DNA from: a virus
Reading direction: 5' to 3' (one strand)
IMG/VR virus record: IMGVR_UViG_3300042914_004291
Span: 73,190 to 137,189 of that record
DNA: 64,000 nucleotides
Position 1 is the stretch's first letter. Each line of letters starts with the position of its first letter. Shown piece by piece: positions 59,047 to 64,000 of this stretch. The translations under genes were made by a program, and so were the position numbers. The notes beneath the pieces were generated by a model. It saw only the letters and a program-made list of their open reading frames with translations. It did not search any database and had not been told where the DNA came from.

Positions 59047-59502
59047 ACAATAACAATCCCAAAGAGTTCCCAGCCAGCCACATATTTATCAAACGTAGAC
59101 ATGGCAACCGGGCTTACAAAAGAGAATATGACGGGAAAAGGGCTAAGCCCCAACAACCAATCAAACAATCCCTTTTACACATCAAACACTCTCTGCCTAG
59201 TCTCTTCTTCAAGGTCTACTCAGACAATCGGCTCTCTGAGTTCTTTTCAAGAACTGAACCAAAGCTGTCCATGTGTTTCTAGAAGAAGCAACCTGACTCA
59301 CAGACTGCGTTGAACCTGCGAAGTCTGTTTTCTAAAACCCCTTGTTTCATAGTGTTTTGAACGCGGGATTCGATTTTCCCCGGGGATTTTGGCACCTGTT
59401 CTCGAAATGGTCTTGTTTCAAAGCATTTCTTGGTGATGTGTTTGTTGTTTTCTCTTGATGGTTGATGACAGGTGTTGTTAGTTTGACAATAGGAGTGGCA
59501 TT
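59047..59502. other. Divergent non-coding region at a strand-skew switch (candidate replication origin)
   Basis: The plus strand is C/A-rich from about 56.2 to 59.2 kb and G/T-rich from about 59.4 to 60.3 kb. Confidence 0.45.
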
Positions 59503-60393
59503 ATGAGTAGGAGTGTTGTTGGTTTGCCTGGGTGGTTGGTTGAGGTGAGTGTTGGCGAGGTTTCTCGGAATGATAGTCTTGGGTGGTTTGATGATACTAG
59601 TCCTGTGTCATCGATGACCAGAGAGGGGCGGAGGTTGTCTGGGGTTGTTGGATCATTCAGGAGTTTGCGTCGGACTGATTGCGGGGTTGGTGAGGGGTTG
59701 AGTTTTGATCAGGCTGTTTGGGTTGTTGCGAATGTTATATCAGAGCGTGGTTGGTTTGACGGTGACAAACCGGAGGAGTATCTGATTCCTGGAAACAACC
59801 TTGGTGGCTGGAAGATCAACGAGGGTCATGTTAGGGAATGGCGGAACAAAGGTAGGAAACCTGAAGATATTCCGAGGTGGTTCAGGGATGTTGGGCATGT
59901 TGGGTCTGGGGATCAGCCTGTGGTTTATTACAGAGTATTCTCTAGTGTGGAGAAGTTCTTTGAGGAATGGTTGAGGAGGTTTGTTCCAAGACCTGGGAGT
60001 GTTGGCGGCGATCATCGTTACTACAAAACCGGGATTGAGTTCTGGAATGGGAAGATTGGTTGGTTCAGGGAGCTTTGCTTGGCTGGATACAAGGGTCCAG
60101 TAACTCAAGGAAACCCTGAGAGGAGTGTTCGAGCGTTCTCTGAGATTGCTAAGAGAGTTGCCGCGATGATTGTTCAGGATATGTTGAACAAACAGACAGT
60201 TGTTCCTGGATTGAGGAAGCTTGAAGCTGATGGTGTTTGGGGAGAGAAGTCTGTGGAGGTCGCAGCGAAATATCTCAGAGGAATTGGTGGCGGGAAACAA
60301 TATTCAACTGAGAGCTTGTTGCGGGATTCTTTGCGGCAAAACCCAACCAAAGAACTAGTCGAGTCATTGATGAAACATCAAACTGCTGAATAG
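59503..60393 (+). CDS. Putative endolysin: glucosaminidase (GH73)-like domain plus peptidoglycan-binding motif
   Basis: SERGW, NNLGGWK, YRVFSSVE, L.LAGY and C-terminal LEADGVWGEKS. Confidence 0.65.
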   Translation: MSRSVVGLPGWLVEVSVGEVSRNDSLGWFDDTSPVSSMTREGRRLSGVVGSFRSLRRTDCGVGEGLSFDQAVWVVANVISERGWFDGDKPEEYLIPGNNLGGWKINEGHVREWRNKGRKPEDIPRWFRDVGHVGSGDQPVVYYRVFSSVEKFFEEWLRRFVPRPGSVGGDHRYYKTGIEFWNGKIGWFRELCLAGYKGPVTQGNPERSVRAFSEIAKRVAAMIVQDMLNKQTVVPGLRKLEADGVWGEKSVEVAAKYLRGIGGGKQYSTESLLRDSLRQNPTKELVESLMKHQTAE

Positions 60394-60396
60394 TCG

Positions 60397-60954
60397 TCAA
60401 AACCTTCTGAACTCAAATGCGGGTTCCCAGGTCACCCTCACCGGATTGGATTTGTTGATGTAACAATCATTCCAGGTGCCTGCCGGTGTGAGAACAGAGA
60501 TATCAAACCAAGCCTCGCCACGAACACCACACAGATTTTCATAGATCAATTTGTCGGTCGCTGGAAGGATTGCAGGCAATGCATTGTTTTCTTTCCCCAA
60601 CAATGTCTCAGGCATGATCCTGTAGGGATGAGAATTCGTGTTACTTGAGTTGCTTATGAATTGTTGTGTCGATTTCCCAGCATCTTCTTTGCTTGCAGTG
60701 AATCCAAATAGTCTGACCTTGAAGCCACTCGGAACCATTCCTTGGTTTATGCTAGCAAGTGCTGTTCTGACCATTGAACACATAGACTCTCTATATGTGG
60801 CGGCGAGGTCGGCTCCTGTGCTGTTTGAATGAGCGTGTTTCACATGATCAGTGTTTGCATATCCAGTCAGCTCTCTGGTGGGATGATTGTTATTGCTTCG
60901 CGCCGCACCACCAAAGTCTGGGTTTGTGAGCTCAAATGTGAACTTGTAGTGCAT
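60397..60954 (-). CDS. Hypothetical protein, leaderless
   Basis: 185 aa; the ATG follows 7 nt after a -10 box. Confidence 0.75.
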   Translation of the reverse strand: MHYKFTFELTNPDFGGAARSNNNHPTRELTGYANTDHVKHAHSNSTGADLAATYRESMCSMVRTALASINQGMVPSGFKVRLFGFTASKEDAGKSTQQFISNSSNTNSHPYRIMPETLLGKENNALPAILPATDKLIYENLCGVRGEAWFDISVLTPAGTWNDCYINKSNPVRVTWEPAFEFRRF

Positions 60955-60961
60955 GTCACAG

Positions 60962-60990
60962 ACCCTAGCAGATCACTGGGAATCTGTCAA
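60962..60990 (-). promoter_or_regulatory. Sigma70-type promoter, leaderless
   Basis: TTGACA-17 nt-TAGGGT with TG extension. Confidence 0.7.
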
Positions 60991-61023
60991 GACACGCCAA
61001 GAATGTTTGATGGAGATTATTGA

Positions 61024-61452
61024 TCAGGTGCCGGAAATGGCGCCAGAGCCGCTGGCACCAATCAGTAGAAAACTCTTTCCATCGGAAATCAGCGCAATGG
61101 AACTGCCAACTGCGTTTTGTATTGCCAGTTTTGATCCACGGTTCTCGCCATCTGTGAACGCCAGAGTACCGTTTGCTTCCTGAGAGCACGTCAATGCATT
61201 TGCATAAGCAGTTGTGTTGCGAAAGGTGAACAGCGAGCCAGGACAGCTAGATGCCAATGGCATCACATATGTCACCGCCGCCGAACCATTTCCAATCGTG
61301 AAAGCACCAGCCTGTTTTGCCGAGATCGTTGTTGCAGTCGTGAGATTTGTTATTGGAAACTGAAGGCCGGTTACCTTCACAATCCCCTGGTCCTCGTCAT
61401 TGATCGTCGAAACCAAGCCTACTTCTGAATTGATTGTTGTTGAGATTGTCAT
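61024..61452 (-). CDS. Hypothetical structural protein (fibre-like beta domain)
   Basis: MTISTT...T..MP.A...G..FTF...L.SDG..F; TATTTA upstream (61489-61494). Confidence 0.7.
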   Translation of the reverse strand: MTISTTINSEVGLVSTINDEDQGIVKVTGLQFPITNLTTATTISAKQAGAFTIGNGSAAVTYVMPLASSCPGSLFTFRNTTAYANALTCSQEANGTLAFTDGENRGSKLAIQNAVGSSIALISDGKSFLLIGASGSGAISGT

Positions 61453-61519
61453 GTCGTCTTTATTCCTTTGCGATATACGCTCAGCCAATAAATAGAAAAA
61501 CAAAACCGCTTGACTGAGC

Positions 61520-61707
61520 CAGAAAAATTCCGGAATTTTTTCTGAGCAATCATTCTCGCTACAATCAATTTCCACCAGGAAAATTTTTTTGACTGGAAAG
61601 AAGCCTTTTGTGAAACGCTAAATCAACAACACAATGGTCGTGATTTCATAAAGAACCGGTTTCTACCGGGAAATTTTTTGACAGGAAAGAAACCTTTTGT
61701 GAATCGC
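61520..61707. repeat. AT-rich palindrome plus an imperfect ~42-bp direct repeat at the GC boundary
   Basis: CAGAAAAATTCCGGAATTTTTTCTG near 61520; two copies of AAATTTTTT(TT)GACWGGAAAGAARCCTTTTGTGAAWCGC at about 61575-61618 and 61666-61707. Confidence 0.8.
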
Positions 61708-61774
61708 GTGTGTTTGGCCCCGCCCCGCTTGTCAAGTCCCACGTACCCTGGCTGGAGGGGCCTCCCCGGGCCTC

Positions 61775-61814
61775 CCCACCCCCCCTGTCAAGAAGGGGGG
61801 GTGGGTTTGTTTCT
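61775..61814 (+). terminator. Perfect 12-bp G/C hairpin followed by a T-rich tract
   Basis: CCCACCCCCCCT-gtcaaga-AGGGGGGGTGGG then TTTGTTTCT. Confidence 0.6.
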
Positions 61815-61823
61815 CGTGAGCGG

Positions 61824-62024
61824 CTAGCCGTCAAGTTCCGCCGCGTACCCGCCGCGCTGTCGACAGAAGTTGCTGTAATAAAAGCTGGAAGAATGGTGGA
61901 GCGCTTCCGGGTTGGTGCACCACGTCTGTCGCGCACGGTGCTGCGCCGCGGTGTGGCTTGACGCGGTGACATCGCGGGCGATCATGATCAGTGCAGCGGG
62001 CATGCAGACATTGGTGGTGCTCAT
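61824..62024 (-). CDS. Small early hypothetical protein
   Basis: Own promoter (62054-62082) and purine-rich RBS leader. Confidence 0.7.
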   Translation of the reverse strand: MSTTNVCMPAALIMIARDVTASSHTAAQHRARQTWCTNPEALHHSSSFYYSNFCRQRGGYAAELDG

Positions 62025-62141
62025 TGTGTTTCCCTTTGCCTCTCTATGTTCTTAGAGTAGCACCGCGGCCATGCTTTGTCAAGAGCATTGCATGGCCCGG
62101 TTTCTTTGGTGACTTGACGGATGGTGGTGGGGTGTGCTAGA

Positions 62142-62372
62142 CTAGGTCCAGCACGTCATCCGGATCGTCGCGCCGAGGGCGTCGTAGTTGATGATCAGGC
62201 CGTCGGCCGCGGCCTTGCGCAACGCGTGCATCATGGCAGAGCTCTGGGCACTGTCAAGGCGGGTCTGCAATCCGCCCGGGTTCATGTTGCGTTCGTTCCC
62301 GGGAGGGACGGTGCAACCGATGGTGCGGGGGAGCTCAGAGCAACGGTCGTTGCGGGTCGGTTCGAACATCAT
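62142..62372 (-). CDS. Small early hypothetical protein
   Basis: Own promoter/RBS cassette; GC-rich codons. Confidence 0.7.
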   Translation of the reverse strand: MMFEPTRNDRCSELPRTIGCTVPPGNERNMNPGGLQTRLDSAQSSAMMHALRKAAADGLIINYDALGATIRMTCWT

Positions 62373-62439
62373 GGCGGTGTGTCCCTCTCTTCTATGGTTT
62401 GAGAATAGCTAGCTTTGATCAGCTTGTCAAGGCGCGCGG

Positions 62440-62655
62440 TCAGTCGATGTCTTGGGGCACGATGTGCCACGCGGCGCTGTAGGGATCGAATGCATAGGCA
62501 TGAACGAGTGTCAAGCCTTCGAGGTTTCCTTCCTGGTCGAGTTCCTCCGCATATTCCATGATCATCCGCGGGGGATCGTAGTAGTGCAGCGCGCGGAACG
62601 CGGCATCAGCGAAGCTGGTATGGGCGGTTCCCGCGACGTTGAACTGTATGGCCAT
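62440..62655 (-). CDS. Small early hypothetical protein
   Basis: Own promoter/RBS cassette. Confidence 0.75.
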   Translation of the reverse strand: MAIQFNVAGTAHTSFADAAFRALHYYDPPRMIMEYAEELDQEGNLEGLTLVHAYAFDPYSAAWHIVPQDID

Positions 62656-62716
62656 TGTGTTTCCCTTGCCTCTCTATGTTCTGACCTTAGCAGACCCTTG
62701 CGGGTCTGTCAAGGGA

Positions 62717-62935
62717 TCATTCGATGATCCAGCGATCGGCGATGTGTCGGGGCACTTCGCACTTGACGGCCTCGGCGGTGCCGCTATAGCATCGCTTGTT
62801 GGCCGCGAAAGCCTTCGCCCGGTTTTCATCGTAGAAACGGGCGGTGTGCATCCCGTCACCGTAGGCGCCCGGTCCCTTGATGTTGTGCAGAACTTCCCAG
62901 ACGGTGACCAGTTTGCCGAGGTTTCGCTTCGCCAT
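62717..62935 (-). CDS. Small early hypothetical protein
   Basis: Own promoter/RBS cassette. Confidence 0.75.
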   Translation of the reverse strand: MAKRNLGKLVTVWEVLHNIKGPGAYGDGMHTARFYDENRAKAFAANKRCYSGTAEAVKCEVPRHIADRWIIE

Positions 62936-63109
62936 GATGTGTGTCCCTTGCCTCTCTTATGGTCTGAGAATAGCAAACCATTGCAGAGTTGTCAAGACGC
63001 CGAGGTTTGTTTGACTGTTCTACAACGCCCCAAGGCCGGGAACCTTTGCAGGCACCGGCCGGGGGGGATCTTAGCATGTTGTGGTTTGGTTTGTCAAACC
63101 CTAGGGCGA

Positions 63110-63496
63110 TCAGGCCGCGGTGCGCTTGCGGGCCTTCTTCGCGACGGTGGTGGCCTTGACAGCCTCCGGCTCGGCGAGGTTGGCGAAGAGGGTCAGGATG
63201 CTGACGGTCCCGAAGGTATAGACGTCTTCGGGGCGCCCGCGGCGCGAGGTTCCCTTGACGACGTTATGGCGCCGCCCGACGTTCACGATGGCGCCCGTGA
63301 GGAGGAGGTACTTGACGAGCCCCCAGACGGCCATCTTGACGCGGGGAGTTTCGTAGTCAAGACCGGAGGCAGCGGCGATGCTGCGGATCGTATGGCCCTG
63401 GACGAGTCCCGCCGTGACGGTGGTGGACTTGCTGCGGCCGACGGTCTGGGTGGCGGCGGGGGAGATCTTGACGGTGCGGCGGGTGGTGGTGCTCAT
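63110..63496 (-). CDS. Winged-helix-like DNA-binding protein with a basic tail
   Basis: TIRSIAAASGL...LVKYL..TGAI...RRGRPEDVY and C-terminal AKKARKRTAA; own promoter at 63545-63573. Confidence 0.7.
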   Translation of the reverse strand: MSTTTRRTVKISPAATQTVGRSKSTTVTAGLVQGHTIRSIAAASGLDYETPRVKMAVWGLVKYLLLTGAIVNVGRRHNVVKGTSRRGRPEDVYTFGTVSILTLFANLAEPEAVKATTVAKKARKRTAA

Positions 63497-63569
63497 GATG
63501 GTGTGCTCCGTGTCTTTGTTCTGTTCGTTGCCGGGGATGTTTAGACTCTATCAGATGCTTTTGGTTCTG

Positions 63570-63704
63570 TCAAGTATGCCGTGCAACCCTGCTAGTTCTC
63601 TCGGTTCGCCACCGTTGTAACCTAGTCAGGAGTGACTTACTGCGGCCGGTTTGTTTGTCGGGGCCAGCGCTTCCCCCCATGTTGAACCCGTTATCGTTTC
63701 GCAT
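63570..63704 (-). CDS. 44-aa small ORF, not in the ORF track
   Basis: Promoter 63735-63763 and strong SD AGGAGG; translates as MRNDNGFNMGGSAGPDKQTGRSKSLLTRLQRWRTERTSRVARHT. Confidence 0.5.
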   Translation of the reverse strand: MRNDNGFNMGGSAGPDKQTGRSKSLLTRLQRWRTERTSRVARHT

Positions 63705-64000
63705 TGCGCCTCCTGTTTCCCTCTCTATGTTCCTACCTTAGCAGACTATCGAGGTGTTGTCAAGTGAGTCGTTTTCGCTTCGTTCCTTGTGTTCCGTCTC
63801 TCTCTTATGTTCCTACCTTAGCAGACCATTGCAGGGTTGTCAAGGATAGCGTCAAGGAGTGATGCTGGGAGGGTTTTGCGGCGAGAAACCGAAGGCATCA
63901 CCTCAGAATAGCACGCCAGCGCTATTGTTGTCAAGAAACAATTGTTCACAGTGTTCCGCTATGGTTTTGACAAACATGGGGGAGACATGCTATCCTGAAT

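Larger units (their letters stand above)
62022..63996 (-). repeat. Array of repeated sigma70 promoter/RBS cassettes
   Basis: Nine minus-strand TTGACA-17/18 nt-TAnnnT boxes at 62054-62082, 62402-62430, 62684-62712, 62967-62995, 63068-63097, 63545-63573, 63735-63763, 63815-63843 and 63905-63934, several with the shared leader AACATAGAGAGGCAAGGGAMACAC. One divergent plus-strand box lies at 63967-63996. Confidence 0.9.

Noticed and set aside
59020-59313. 97-aa plus-strand ORF in the skew-switch gap
   Set aside because: Its composition reflects the C/A skew, it overlaps the divergent kinase-like start, and it has no RBS or motif.
61646-61972. 108-aa and 83-aa ORFs across the GC boundary
   Set aside because: They run through hairpins and repeats, have no RBS, and conflict with the cassette gene 61824-62024.
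62639-63544. 301-aa plus-strand ORF
   Set aside because: It is an antisense shadow of GC-rich minus-strand genes that have their own promoters and RBSs, and it has no recognisable motif.
62022-63934. CRISPR array suggested by recurring TCCCTTGCCTCTCTATGTT...TGTCAAG repeats
   Set aside because: The repeats are degenerate, irregularly spaced (80-480 bp), separated by ORFs, and read as -35/-10/RBS on the minus strand. No cas genes are present.
1-64000. Stop-codon reassignment
   Set aside because: Long conserved genes are uninterrupted in the standard code, and TAA, TAG and TGA all end genes.
1-64000. tRNA or rRNA genes
   Set aside because: I saw no cloverleaf or T-loop signatures in the intergenic gaps by eye. 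tRNAscan-SE would be needed to exclude them.

Overview
This is a 64-kb segment of a large tailed dsDNA phage, myovirus-type with T4-like head and tail modules, probably a jumbo phage. It uses the standard genetic code. Bases 1-26.8 kb (minus strand) hold the morphogenesis cluster: portal, prohead protease, scaffold, major capsid, neck proteins, two ~1000-aa tail sheath paralogs and the tail tube, plus an HDAC-family deacetylase, a ligase-like/HxGH nucleotidyltransferase fusion and a free-standing GIY-YIG endonuclease. Bases 26.8-51 kb (mostly plus strand) encode GroEL, primase, a fused SbcD-SbcC, the large terminase with a degenerate tandem paralog of its ATPase domain, a sigma70-family factor, GNAT and AT-hook/Tudor-like proteins and DnaE. 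Bases 51-61.5 kb encode three paralogous protein-kinase-like proteins, a second GNAT, thymidine kinase and a GH73-like endolysin, around a sharp strand-skew switch near 59.3 kb (candidate origin). Bases 61.7-64 kb are an abruptly GC-rich array of small genes, each in a repeated sigma70 promoter/RBS cassette. The most notable observations are a dispersed quasi-palindrome (GTTTTGCGGCGAAAAC), a TA[G/C/T]TTA late-promoter-like motif with nested internal starts, leaderless early genes, and a shared N-terminal L-x-x-[ILV]-L-x(1-3)-E motif on putative virion-packaged modifying enzymes. All calls come from motif reading by eye; no database searches were run.
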